Assembly (NCBI GenBank): GCA_051362555.1
Contig: CM120640.1
Coordinates: forward strand, 28,172,503 to 28,236,502
DNA length: 64,000 bases
DNA from: Lingula anatina
Taxonomy: Eukaryota; Animalia; Brachiopoda
Direction: 5' to 3'
Made by a program: the position numbers and the translations under genes. The notes beneath the pieces were generated by a model that had not been told where the DNA came from, did not search any database, and was given only the letters and a program-made list of their open reading frames with translations. Within the stretch, counting starts at the first letter, position 1. Each line of letters starts with the position of its first letter. Of this stretch, positions 10,420 through 25,400 are shown piece after piece.

Positions 10420-13400
10420 CTATGTTGTAGAAGGTCCTCCCGGGACCTGAAGTGTGTTACCTGTGGTGCTCATTTTTCTAGAAGGCGTAGGACTTTTTTC
10501 CACATTAATACTAGTCCTTGAACTTAACCTACTCACAGCACTGGCAGGTCTTGATTTTGTCAAAGCTTCTTGCATCTTTGGGCTCAGTGTCTCTTGATTT
10601 TGACTACGCTCCAGCGCAAGCTGTGCCAGAGCTGCTTGCTGAAATTCCGCAAAAGCTTTGTCCATTTTGTGTTTTTTCCAACAACGTTGCAATGTCCGTG
10701 CTGCAACGTCTTCTTTCTTACGCTGCATAGTTGTTGCAATAACATTAGTATTGACACGTGTTGGGAAAGATTCGTTAAACTTGTCCTGCATTTGCTGTCT
10801 GAGTTGTTTAAACTCCTCTGTTTCTTCTACGTCTCCTAGGACATGTTTAACCAATGCCATTAAGATGTCTAAGCAATGCATCATGTCTCCTTCCACAATG
10901 GGTAAGTTAAAGGCAACCAGTGCCATGCCATTTGGTTTTGGCATACCTAAAGGTTCTTCCAATTCTCCCACAAAATCGGATAATTGTTCATATTTTATGT
11001 ACTGAGTTGCATGAGGGTCGTATCTCTCCCAGACCACATAAAACATCTCAAAGTCATCCTCAGTAATACCTATCTCTTCCTGCTCATGGGCTTGATTGAA
11101 GTTCTCCAAAATCACAGCAATGTACATGTTGATGACAATCAGGAAGGTGAGGATCAAATATATAATCATGAATAAGATAGCAAGAAAGTCGTCCCCGCAG
11201 TCTCCGCCTGACCTGGCAAACGTGCTTCCATTGGACAGCAGTACGTGTGTGTTGTTGCAGTCAGGAGGGTGGATCATCAGGCCGTCCAGAATATCGTTCC
11301 AGCCTGCTGAGGTGGACAGACGGAACATCAACATTAAGCTGTTGCCAAAATTTTCAAAGTTTGTCGTGTCATCTATGGCGCCATTTTTCTTCACAAAGCC
11401 AAAGCTGATCATCATTATAATGGCAAAAATAAACATGAGCATCAAGAGCAGTGCCCCAATGTTGATCAAAGCAGGAAGGGAAATCATCAATGCAAACAGC
11501 AGCTTGCGGATTCCTTTTGCTGCTTTCACCAGACGTAATACTCTGCCAATTCTGAATACTCTAACAACTCGTAGTAGTGATGGTGTGACAAAGTATGTCT
11601 TCAAAAAATCATTAAATGCAATACCTGAAAGACAAAAGACAAAACGTAAATGATCTTGGAAAATATATTGCGTAATTGTTTCTTTTTTTAATAATTATAT
11701 TAATACATATGACTTGTGTGGAAAATAAGTCATTCATTTTTTTGCAATACAGAAATCTCAATAGGCGGCTTGATTATCCTATGCCCCGTGATGGCACTTG
11801 AATAAACAAGATGTCATAATTGAGAAGAATTAATACTTACCTACAATTGATAGCACCACAATGATGAAATCAAACACGTTCCAAACCCTGCGGAAGTAAT
11901 GCCAGCGCATGCCAATAATTTTGACGAGAGCCTCCAGGGAGAAGATGGTGGTGAAGACAATATTGAAATATTCTAGAACCTGGGTCATGAGAGCTGATTG
12001 TCTGTAGTGTTCCAGTGTCATCAGCAGCATGTTGACAAATATCAACACAACTATGGACATCTCAAACTTGTTGCTCATGGCAACATCAAAGAAAAAGCCT
12101 TGTACTTTATTCTGTAATGTAGAAAAATTATTAAGGGTCAGTGATGTCAAATTGACAAATTAACATAACAATTCAATTTGAACCATGCATCTTGTACAAG
12201 TAAATATGAAAGGTATATGAATTAGGTATCGTTTTTCATACAGCCATTAACGAAATTACTCTGGTTGAAATTTTTCCAAAAATGAAAAAAGAGAACGGTT
12301 AAAAAGGTGAAAACCCTAACCATTTCAAAATTGCAATTTTTCAAACAAATTCCAACTATCTTTTCAACTTCTCAAAAAGAATAAAATTCATTCCTACATC
12401 TGAAACCAGCTCAATTGATGAATATGTTTCATTTTGCTAAAATATCTAACCAAGGGTTCAGCACCATACAATTTTGTTTCAATTCATGAACTATTTTCCT
12501 ACCTTGGGTCTTCTTATAGTCTTCTGTGGTTTCTTATTTCCTAGTTTTCGTAGTGTATGGTAGTAATTCTTTTGATGTGCTGTCAAGAACATATCTAAAT
12601 ATGTTCCTTCGTACTAAAACAAACAAACAAACAAGAACAAATACAATACCTTTAAAATTCCAAAGAAATGCACCAGACAAATACATTCTAGAGCAGCCTG
12701 TCCCCTTTCCTCTTTTTAAAATTTCTTTTTCAGTTGCTCACTGGCATATCCTATTGCTTTCATTTATTTAACTGTAACGTTTAGCCCTCATAGCAAACTA
12801 ACTCTTGACTTTAAAAAATCAAATCTCATCCACTTTGCACAATAAAGATACCACATTTTGTAAACATACCTTCTTTTTAAGCATGTTGAAGTTATCTATG
12901 ATGACACCAATAAAGAGATTCAGAGTGAAGAAGGCCCCAACAATGATCACGGCCACGAAGTAGAACATGATGGCATAACTGTATTCAAATCTTGGCACTA
13001 GATCAATATCCTGTAAATACCATATACTCATTAAAACAGGTGTCAAGTTTTCAGCTTGTTTCATTAAATTTCATTAATAGTAAAGAACAGACTTGTATTT
13101 AATAATGCGTTTTCTCTTCTATTATAATTTAAGTGAAACTAAAAAAACTTGATTTCAATATTAATGAATTGATGCATATACATAATATTATTTATTTTCT
13201 GTTATCACTTACAGTCATGTCAGATGCTGCTTCCATTACTTCCATCCAGCCTTCAAATGTACACTGAAACAGAGCAGTAAATGTTGTCAGTATAGAAATT
13301 GTCACTTATTTACTAAAACCAAGTACAAAATGATATCATTGTATTCAAACTACGACATAATCCACGTGTATTTCCAGTAAAAACCACCACTTTACCAAAC

Positions 13401-16400
13401 AGAATTCTGGTAGGTTTATAACAATTCTGTGTATTTTCAAGGCAATACTAACCACTTGGAAAATTGCAAGAACGGCAGCGAACACATTATTGAAGTGGAT
13501 TTTGTCATTACTCCAATCATATCCTAGTGCAAGGCATTCCGTCTTGTTGGTTAGATATGATGCATTATATTGTAGCTTGTTCCCGTCACCATCATAACAA
13601 TTATAAAATTTCCCTCCCAGAAGTTGAACACCCATGATGGCAAAGATGAGCCAGAAGATCATGCCCACCATGAGCACATTGATAAAGGAAGGAATGGCAT
13701 GTGCTAAGGCATTCACAACAATCTGAAAGAACCAGCAAGTGTTAATTACAGTATTGTTAACATCAAATTCAGCAAATGTACAACATATATAAATACACAT
13801 TCTGTAGATATATTATACAGCGTTCATGAAAACCTCACTGGACATAATTTCAATGTGCATCAACCAAAAGAAAATTAAGCGTTTTTTTTTTTTTTTTTTT
13901 TTTAATTCACAGTTGTAGAAGGCTTTTCTGATTTAAAGCACTCAGGAAAAGGGGTACATATTAAGTAATGTGTAAATAGAGCTTATATGATGCAGTATAT
14001 GATCGTGTGACATATCTTATGTGTCAGGAAATTTTAAGACTCACTTTCATTCCTTGTAATCTTGACACAGCTCTTAAAGGACGCAGTGCTCTCAATGTAC
14101 GTAGCGCTCTGAAAGCACTGATGTTTCCAACTGATTCAATGCCATCGGATATGATACCAAATACAGAAATCTGAAATAAGGTAGAAAGATCAAGTGTAAT
14201 TTATTTATCAAAATGTAATAGTGTCATTAAGCATTGCCTTCGCCTAGTTACGAGGTCTTAATGTCAAAAGCAGTTGCTCCCATTTTAATTTACTTTTTGG
14301 ACTTTTCACTTTAAAAATCAAAATGAGATCGTGTGTTTCTTATTTGGCCTAGAAAGAAGACCACTACAAGTAGATGTAATAAACTAATACTCACACAGAC
14401 AATTACAAAGTCCAATATGGTCCAGAAGTCTGTGAAGTATTTCTTGAATCCAAAAGCAATCCATTTTAGGAGCATTTCAATGGTGAACAATACTGTGAAG
14501 ATGGTGTTGAGAATTCGGAGAGCCTCGCCCAGCTGAGGATTCATAGGAAGGTTGGTGTCTTCAAATACCTGGGAGTAAAAAAGAAGCCAGAATATATTCA
14601 TTATTTTATTTAACCTTACAGATAAAAATTTTAGGGGATTAACAATTTAAAGTGCATACAAAGTAATCATAAACATGAACAATGCTGTTTTTAGTCACTA
14701 TTCTGAAAACAGAATATCCATATTATCTACAGTTGTAACTGTGAACGATTGGTGTTGGTACTATTTGTTAATTAAAGCCGACTTTGCTTTTACATGAAAT
14801 ATTTTATATTACAAATCTATTTTTAAATGACATCATGAGTTTGCTAGAAAAAATTAATTCCTGAAAACTTACCAGTGTGGTGCTGCTGGCTAAGATCAGA
14901 AATATGATGAACCCTTCAAATACTTTATGGGTCACTAAATTGTTGAAAAATACACGTGTTTTCCTGAAGTTCTTTCCAACTTTTGTGTCATCCCATGATG
15001 CACAACATTTGGACATCCTACAATGACAAAATAATACATCAGCATTACAACACTTCATTTGGATGTGAATATCCTCAGACCAACTGAAGTCATTTTAGAG
15101 AGATTTATTTAGAATATTCTACCCCTAATTTTTTTTTTTTTTTTTTTTTTTTTGTAATCAAAATTATATTTATTTGTTACTCAGAAAGTTGTTTTTGTTA
15201 CAGAATTTGGAATTTATTTACAGACAAGAATATACAATAGAGAATATACGAAGAATATACAACCTATCTTTTGAGGGCCCTTTTTATGAACTTTTGAACA
15301 AAATACTGTTTTGACAAATATAATCAGTAAATGTTGTCCAAATTTATTGAAAAAAGCTAGTTTTAGTGATTTTGTTAACTATAAACTCACTTGTAACATG
15401 GAGCAGGGCAGCAGTCAACAATGGTGTGAGCTTCTATGTCTGCAAGCTTTTCATCTTCTGCATCTTCATCCTTAAGCCGCATCTTGTCTTCTTTTTCTTT
15501 CTCTGTTAAGCTTTTCTTATCCTCTTCATCTTCCTCGTCTGCTTTCAATGCATCTTCTCCTTTAACTTTTTCTTCTTTTTCAGTGTCTCGTTTGTCTTCT
15601 TCAAGTTTTTGTTTGTTCTTTTCATTTTCAATCTGCTCCTTGGTCTCACTGGTCATAGTTCTAACACTAAGCGTAGAGCCTTTTGGTCCACTCCGAGTGG
15701 TTGGAAACTCTGTAAACTGACCTCTTTGTGTGTGGAAAGCCTCATCAATGTTCTTTTAATGAAAGAGAAAAAAAGTGTGATGGCTTGCAAAAGTAAAGAT
15801 AGCTGATGTGATAATTAAAACTTTCATTTTATGTAAACATTGTTACATTTTTATCTGGTTAAAAGACATTAATCTTTTTTTACATAAGGCCTTCTGAAAA
15901 CAACAATAATTTTTTAAATCATGCATAAGGTAAAGGACAATTAAAAAAAAACTAGCCTTGTGGATATTCAAATAATACCTATGAAATAAAAAGTGTGTTT
16001 AAAACCTACAAAAATATGTTGTCTGCACTTTTGGGCTGTCTACCAAGGTAGAAATCACAAACTGGAGCCAACTGTGCAACACAAGTGGTTTTGGTATTGT
16101 TGCAATGGTGAAATTCCACATTTACAATATTTATTGTGCTTCTCCCAAAAATGTGATTCTAAAAATTCTCCCATAAATGTATATCTACTAGTATAAAGAA
16201 GTTCTATTTCAAATGATGCACCTCTGTATGCAAGTGATATGCATGTATACCAGTGGTTGCCATATCCCTGGCCCAAGCTACTCTTTTCTGAGAAGCATGA
16301 GAAAGAAAATGCACACATATATATATAGGGGTTAATTAAAGTTTTCCCTGAATAGATGCATGCAGGAAAACTGGTAAGCTTTAAATTATTAGAAGTATTG

Positions 16401-19400
16401 TTAGTTCTGGTATGGACTGAACAAAAAGAATAGACACATCACTCAGTAGACTATTGATATTTTAAGTAGTTCAAAGAACGGATGGACTATACTAACATAA
16501 CATAACTGTTGTTAGTAGGATTTTAACAAAAACTTTGTCATTTTCACAAGCAGCCTAACTTACCTTTATGTTTTTGTTTCTAATGACTCCATTTGACTGT
16601 GGTGTAAGCATACCAGAAGAAGATAAAGACTTCAGATCTCCATTACTGTGCAAGGTTTGCAACTCCAGGTCTCCATTGGTGCTGAGATGCTCACCTAAAC
16701 ATAAAAAGGATATTTCGTAAACATAACTAAATAATAACAGTATCTCTTTTCTCACACAGAACATACTTTTTTGGTTAACACAAGTAGGGAGTTCAAAATG
16801 TTTTCTAATAATATTGCTTGAATTGGCAATTACCAAAAAACTTAAAATGGATGTTTGCCAAAAATAAAAAATATGCTGTTCATATAAGTATTTTTCATGT
16901 TTCAGTTTTACTATTCTTATAACTAACAACCAATAAACACATACCATTCTGACCAACTTTATGTTTTTCATCATAAAGGCCTTCATCCTCAATCTTAAAG
17001 GTGACCTCTGGTATCGTTTTCTCCTTGTCTGGGTTGACTTCTTCATTTTTGTTTGGTTCCACCTTCGCCATGGACCCTTCCCTCGATGGACTGACAGTGG
17101 TGCTTTTCTTTCGGAATACTCCAATCTTCAAGGCTGCACGTAGTTTTTTCAGTAATCTGCTCTCCTTTTTCTTCTTTTTCTTGGTGTTTTCTCCCTCAGA
17201 TAAACTGTCACTGCCAAATGAATTCAGCAACAAGGCAAGGAAAAGGTTCAACACCTAAAACAAATAAAATTCAAACGAAATGTGCTTATAATATACGTAA
17301 ATGCTTTGCATATACAATTTCATTTGGACAGTAACTTTTTTCTTATCAATCTAAATTGCCTGAATACTATTCGATTTACCAGTAAATCTGTTTCCATGTA
17401 TGATAAAATGTATCATCATGCCCAGATTTTTATGCTTGCCAAAGTTATCATATCAAATAACACTCTATCAATCTGAGCTTAATTTGTTCTCCCAGCTACA
17501 AAAATATTTTAAAAAATAACAACATATAATCTCTTCATACCAAGAAATTCCCCAGCATCAAGGTGATGAGAAACACTGGAATGCATGCCCCTGTTTGGCT
17601 AACAGCATTGGCATCAGCCTGCATACAGTCCCACAGAGGTTCTATCCACTCTCCACATAGGATACGGAACACCATCATCAGTGCGTGGCCCAGGTCATTG
17701 AAGTGCCACCTGGAATAAGTTATCCATTTATTTGTCAGTTCTGACATTTATTTATTCGTTATTATTGTTATACAATAACAATGGTGAGTGATGTAATTGA
17801 AAACATGTTTCAATATAATCTTATGGCTATAGATTACTTGGCTTTTTTTAGAGTAAGGGTCTGAAAGAGGAATGTCAATTTAAGATTTTTGCCGCTTGAC
17901 TGACTTATGTATCAATTATGTTAATTTCTAATATACTCAGAGGCTACATATATACCTGTCATTTAACCCTATGTCATCTGCAAAAGCTTTTAGGTATGCA
18001 TTCCTGAAGAGTTGCATGCCAATGACAGCAAAGATGTACATCACTATGGCCAACACAATGGTCACATTGGTCAAAGAGCCCATGGTCTTCAAAATGATGG
18101 TCAGCAAAACACGCATGGTTGTCCAAGACTGGGCTAGCTTGAACACACGGAACTGCAAAGCAATGATCATTCATGTTATTTTTTAGATAAATGACATAAA
18201 TACTTGATATTATGTTGTAACCAAGGTGTGTTTACTATGCCGCTTAAGATTAAAAAAAAAAAACACAGCAAATGCTGTATTTTAATACCCACCAGTCTCA
18301 GTGTCCTAACAGATGACACCCCTGGCAAACTGGCCAAGTTAGCCCATAGTAACACCAGCTCCAACAGGCTGAACACTACGATCACAAAATCAAAGACATT
18401 CCAACCACTTTTGAAGTAGTCTTTGGCCAGGGCCATTAGCTTAAGGACAGCTTCCAGTGTGAAGATGGTTGTAAATAACTGGAAAATGAAAAAAAAAGCA
18501 ATGAAGTGGGTCCATTGTTAGTTACTTTGAAAGAAATAGAACAATAACAGATGGATCAATTTCATCTTGGTCAATAATTGAAAAGGTGGCCCTACATTGT
18601 CATATCCTCTTTTCATTTCTACATTAAAAAATATTCAATATTTAATCACATCTGACTCAAAAAGCCATATCTATATGTCATTTGCATCAAAATCACTTAT
18701 TCACACAATTTCCATTACTGCCAGATGGCCCATTCATGTGGAGCACAATAAAGATATAAATATGAGCATACAACTTACATAGTTGAAGTAATCCATTGTG
18801 TTCTTGAGATCATTGGGCATATTAACATGTTCAATGGCCATGAACAGTGTATTGAGCATGATGCATGCAGTTATGAACCACTCAAACAGTGGTTCCGAGG
18901 TGATCTTGTGGCAGATTATTTGACAGGTTCTCCAGCTTGGGTAATGGCAGCAGCATTTAAGGCAGCATTTACAGTTTCTATCCGCATATTCATCTTCTGA
19001 TTCTAAAATGTTGGAAAGTATCAATGTTGATTGATTTGAAATGATTGGTTATTTAAAGACTCCACGCAAACTGATAAAATTGATAAAAACTTACATGTAG
19101 TCAGGCAAGTAGTTAACATAGCATATAGAAGTGAACATCATCCATGGGGCATTCTTACCTTTTAAATGCCCAATAAAGCAATCTTAATAGTAAAGACACT
19201 CACATAATAATAAAAAAATAATAATTAAGCCACGTCAATTAAATAACTAAGGGAAATAAGATGTATTTGTTGCAGATACTGATTTAAATCATTTTGATAA
19301 AAATGTCATAAAATGATGAAATAATGAGGTCATTTTCAATTAAAATCTTCATCCTTTTTAGTAAACTTTCTAATGCTAGGTGATTGTGTGATGTTATCAA

Positions 19401-22400
19401 AAATTTACTACAACTAGTGATTCTGTGATACCTTAAGTTTTCAAATAAGATTATGTGAATTCATTAAATGCTATATGATATGTTGTGGTTTGAATGAATA
19501 ACTATAGAGAGTAAATAAAAAAGTTAATAGTAAAATGTAACTGATGCTCCATAAAACCTAATAATGTGAACTGAGTCTGCAGTGGAAATATCCATTATGT
19601 AAATAAGAATGAATACCATAAATGTGACCTAGCAAAGAATGGGCTCTCAGTTATGGAATCATGGTCAAATTTAGTTCGAAAAATAAATAGGGTCCACCAA
19701 CCAAAACATTTTTTGTCAATTTTGTTTAAATATTGAAGAAGTCCAATACAGTCTAAGTCACATCTATGACTAGTTTATAATACAAGAATATAGAGCAAAC
19801 GCAGAGTGATAAAATACTTCAGTAATACAGTGTGTATCACTGGTGTGACTCTGATTTCAAAGCAGCAAAAAAGTCTTAACTTAATTGAAATATGTAAAGT
19901 GGCCACTTGCACAGTTTTTCTTTTTAAAATCCCATCCATTGTTTTACCAATTTTTACAATAAACTCTATCAATTAAGTTTTACTTTATGCTGCCATGAAA
20001 CTTATCATTTCATCAGTGTCAAAGAATTTCTCGAACCTTCATCTGCAGGGTCACTCTCTTTGGGGAGTTCGTCACTTCTAAGTGACATTGTTTCTGTGAC
20101 AATAAAAATAATTGGACAAAAATGATATAATTTTTCATTTTGGATCCTGGTTGAATTGCAAAAACCACTCTGTGCACCATGTACTAATCAATGTAAATGA
20201 ATAAGCCAATATAGAGGAACATTTCAAATAAAGCATGAGAGCATTACAAACATAGCAGTAAAAAGGGTAATTGACATTTTGCTACCAGGTTTTCAATTCT
20301 TCAAATATTGCAAGATTAACAGAAAAATCTGCAAATCACAAATTCCTCAATATCTGTTTACATATCACTTGTCCAGTTTTCATATGGACTGAAAAGTAGC
20401 TTTATCTACAAGAAAACGGCAGTGCACTATTGCAGTCATAACCTTGATTTGACAACTACTGCGGAAGATTCAAATTTAATCTAGTCCCCAGCAAAGAATA
20501 ACTTGACAATTTATCAGAGCTGCAATTGCCTGGTATTGACTTATTCTAGTATATGCCATATGTGCAGTTATTGACACTTTATTCTGATGTAAAAGAAGCA
20601 TTTAAAGTCAAAATGAACAGTTTTTTTTTCAAGTGATTTTGGCCAGTTTTAAAGTTATCCAAACAATCCATCCTTGATTTACAGAGCCTATAAAGATAAC
20701 TTAGCTGCATATTTATCTGATTTCATTTTTCAAAAACTGGTATTATCAGGAAAGTGCAACATTAGTGACAATTAACTCTTTTTTTTTCACCACAAGGAAT
20801 TACTACTATCATTTCTTCCTATAATAGGTTAATTCACGTATTGTGCATTCCCTGGTGATTTGCATGTCCAATGCAGTTAAATTTATACCAGGCACACAGT
20901 GACAAAAGAGATCAATAGTATTGGCTTCACTTTCTGAAACAGTTTACACAGCACAATCCTTTCAATACCACGCATAAGTGTAAAATTATTTCATCTGGTT
21001 TGTTAAACAAGTTAATAGGTATGTAAGTCTTAATCAAAGCAAATATATGCAGGTCGTGTATCAACTTCTTAAAACAGTTGAAGAAAATATCTTAACTATA
21101 TTTACTAATACTCAAATACAATACAATACAATACAATAAAGTTTATTTTGTGTCAGAAAAAATGAAAGTAATGAAAGTAATTAACTAACATTGTACAAGT
21201 CAATTTCTTTCTAAAATACATGCAAAACTGAAAAGGGGATACCCATTTGTACATTCAATACTGAAATGGAATGGAACATTTAAACAAGCCAGCAGACCAT
21301 TTGATAATTTATGTAAACGTACCTTTATTATCAACCACACTGCCCAGCTGGTCTGCCTCTTTATCTTTATTTTCCACTTTTGTCTCCACAATTTTCACTC
21401 CAGAAGTTGACACCTAAAAAATTTCCAGATTATATTAGTTTTTATTTTTTTTCTTATTATCTTTTTTCTAATTGTTACCTCTGTTTTTTTCCCATGATTT
21501 CTTGATACAATATACAATGGTTATTCCACCCACCCATCCATTAAAAACTTATACTAAGACTTAAAAGTGTGCAGTTCAAATATTTGACCAGATTTTATGG
21601 GCCAATGCTATATAAAGGATTACTGCAGTTTTTGATAGCCATAAAATGGGTGGCATTTTTTAAATCACACCATATGACACAAAGTATAAAAAAAGGAAAA
21701 AAATACAAATTCACATACTTTATGATACGTGTTGCATAAAATGTCACTGCAAAATAAAAGCTTAAATGTCTTACACAAATATATTTTAAATTACCTTTGA
21801 TCCTTCAACTGTCTCTTTCTGGTGGGCTTCATCTTCACTCATCTTATTGTGGAATTCTGAGCTAGCGATAGTTTCCACCAAGGTGTCCTGTGTGCCCATG
21901 GTATCTGTTTCACTCTCCATGGTGAAGGTGGCATTATCTTTGCCCTGTTCTGCAAACTTTTTCCTCTTATCTTCAGCATTTTCAACTGCTGTATTATTAT
22001 TTCCATTGACTTTTTCAGTATCTTTGATGACACTTCTGAGGCTCACTTTACTTCCAACATTTCCCTTTTTAAGATCTGTGTGACTTTTCCCCGCATGACC
22101 ATTTTCTGAGCTGTGTAGGCTGTGTGCACTTCCGTTTTGGTGGACAGTATCAACTTTTAAATGATTTTTGTCAGGCTCATCTCCTCTCAGATCTGTGTGC
22201 GATGATAATATATGGCCTGACAGTTTTGTCACATCTAGCACTGCTTTGGAACCCTGTTTCTTTTTCTTTTGTTTTGCTTTCAATATTGCTTTCTTTTCTT
22301 TTCTCTTTTGTTCTTTTTCTTTCCTTTCACGTTCCTAAGTTTCAAAGTAAAAAATAATGTAAATACACTGTACAAGTGCACTTCCACTGGATTTAATATG

Positions 22401-25400
22401 CTGTATCAAAATATCAAACAGGTAATTGAAACTTGTCTTTAAAACATCTTACAAGTTCTATGGCAATTTTAGGGTTCTGTGTTGAGTCAGGGATGATATA
22501 TTATGTATATCTATTAGTCTGTTGTATTGTTATTATTTATAAGAAAATCTATTTATTGCCATAAAAATGTTCAGGAAAGAAGGAAAAACAGTGAGATGAA
22601 ATTCATTTGGTAGAAAAATGTTTGTTCCAAAGTTCATAAAACAAGTTTCTAAATGTATATACAGCAATCATTCTAACCAATAATAAAAAATGTCCATGTA
22701 TTATATAATATTCTACAAATGTGATTGTCCATGTGTTGGTGGTCAAACACCAGAAGTCTGGTTTCCACAGCAAAAGGCATCAAATGACCACTTTCTATGG
22801 TTGCAGGCTTCAAAACATGGTGCCACATCAGTGATTACATAAACACTCCAGTAGCCACGAAAATTCAACAGTCTCATTTAATATTCATGGCAAGGTAAGC
22901 ATACCCAACAATAGAGCCAAACCTTTTTTTCAACACACCTTCAATAGGTATAGAAACAAGAATAACACACCAGAGAATACCTCATCTTGGACTTAATTGT
23001 ATATGTTTCATATAGAACAAAAGGTCTAGTGTAGCAACTCTGCCACTGGCAATGTATTGAAACTGCTCTGCAAATAAACCTTTGCTGACACAATGGGAAT
23101 AATTTCTGCACCATTTCAAAAGAATATCCACCTAACCCTTGGCCAGAAACTGTAGCAGTTCATATAAGTGAGTTTTCAGAAACAAGCATGTCACTTTGTA
23201 ACATACTTATATATAACAGACAAAGTCTGTCTGTAAATTTGTACAGGTGACTTGATCAAGTCACATGTGGGAGCCAGAAATCTACAGGACCCAAAAGCTA
23301 CAGCCTTTATGACCCAAACTTTTGTGTGGTTAAATTATAATAACACCTGATTGTGCAAAATTGTACTTGCATAAAGAGCTAAAAATTGCTGTTGATATTA
23401 CTTTTTTGGGCCATAGCTATTGAGACTGTGTAACTTTTCCACAGTTTGTTAGTCTAAAAGGGGGTCCAGTGTTATGCATCACACTGATGAGTGAATGTTT
23501 CTATTACCTTACACCTACTGTATTCAAAACCATAATTTGATACATAATGTTTATTTGTTTTGTATCAAAACAGTAACCAAGAAGAGGTACCATGTACAAT
23601 TTTAATATTTCTTATTTTAATCCAAAAGTCTTTTATCAACAAAGGAAAAATAATAAGTAACTGGCAGCCTTAAAAAAACAGAACCAACTCATTATCTACA
23701 GACATTGAAAATCATTAACTGAAAACTTGTTTGGGGATTCCCAGTTGTGTGAATCCAATATAAAATGATAAAGTTGCATGATAAAACTCAAAAGTACCCT
23801 GACTTTTTTTTAAGATGCATGATTACTTCCCCCCAGGTATAACATCAAGCGACATACTTGACAACACACTAATTATTTGTAGGACATGCTCCACTTCTCT
23901 TCAGTTACTAATCACCTTCAAATAGCTTTATCCAGGTATATATGCTTTTGGCGTGTTTTTATCTAAAGTGGTTGCAAGATTTTGTTTACGAAACTGGCTC
24001 ACAAATACTCAGTACGAACTTACATTTTCACAACTCATTTAATCATCCTTATATTCACCAATATACAGTAGTTGCTATCCATTCTTAAGTGACCTGAGCA
24101 TAAAAAGACAAGAGAGTGAGAGAGAGAAAGAGAGTCAGAGGAAGAGAGAGGGAGATCCTACCGCTTCTTGTGCCTTTGCTTCCTCTTCATATGACATAGC
24201 CACCACTGCCAGCAGTAGGTTGATGAGATAGAAGGAACCAAAAAATACAATGGCCATGAAGAATAGTATGTTCCAGCCACCAGCGACCTTTACAACCTGA
24301 CAAAACCAAATGCATATATGTCACCATCGTATTGAATTTCCTATTTCTGTTATTCAAATTAGAAAATCAATGGTATCTTGGATTCCAGTTATTACCAAAG
24401 AGGCCATGTGAATATTTATTCAAAACTTGACTTTCACAACAAAACATATTTTTATGCATTTATGTGTTCTACAATAAAGTATATAGTAAGAAAAGCTATA
24501 GTATGTAAATACAATGTATCATATAGCACTGGCCATTTATTGTTTACATATATGAACTTTGGATGACAATCAGCCTCCAAACAAAATGCTGAAAAGACAA
24601 TTTCAGCCAGAAAGTCCAAAACCATGGTTCTTGACATTGCAAGTAAATCTTACTTTGTTGTAAGTGTCTTCCCAAAAGTCCAAAGTGACTAGCTGGAATA
24701 TGTTCAGCATGGCCCAAATAAAGTCATCGAAGTGTGTGTAGTCATTGTTTGGGTTGAGCCCTTGGTCTGGAAGGCATAGATAGCCATTTGGGCAGCCCCT
24801 GGAAACAAAACATTATTTGACATTTAAGAAAAAATTTCAGCACTATTTCAACAAGTACCTGGTATTAACTTTACCCCTCAGATACAAAGTTTGACCCAAA
24901 CATGTTAATTAAATGATTAAACAGGATGGCCTTGTGAATCAATTTGCTAGTGATATATAATTAATTGCCTGACACAACTCTATAATATAACGATAATTGC
25001 TATTTGACTGGGTCTGCAGTTTTGGTGTGGGGATATAATTCAGTGATCCAGGATTGTTCTTAAAACAAAACTATTATTTTTTTTTTTACTTTTTAACCAG
25101 CCTGGTTCTACATTTGTGTTGTAATGCATACTGATTATATAATAACGTTCAATAATCTAATAGTGAATTTATTATTCTTAATGTATTACAAAAAGATTAA
25201 AGGACAATTCACACTTGCAATATTATCAGGGTACATCGTTAAGTTAACTGTAATACTAATGAGTGCTAATTAGTATTTGAATAGAATGAAGTGCCTGTTA
25301 CCAACAACTTGTATATGGTATTTACTTTATGCTGGGAACATACCAGAATGTTCCAACATCTCTAACAACATTATTGGTGCTTCACCTGCCCTGTGCATAA

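Noticed and set aside
11096-11653. 185-aa plus-strand ORF, and similar antisense ORFs at 10658, 15436, 17001, 21847, 34291, 55939 and 56671
   Set aside because: They are shadows of Nav2 or FEM1B coding exons on the opposite strand, with no independent protein features.
16700-16716. ATATCCTTT U12-donor-like sequence on minus in a Nav2 intron (similar motifs at ~5304 and ~7435)
   Set aside because: They lie inside ordinary U2 introns, not at exon ends, and have no matching branch site or AC acceptor.
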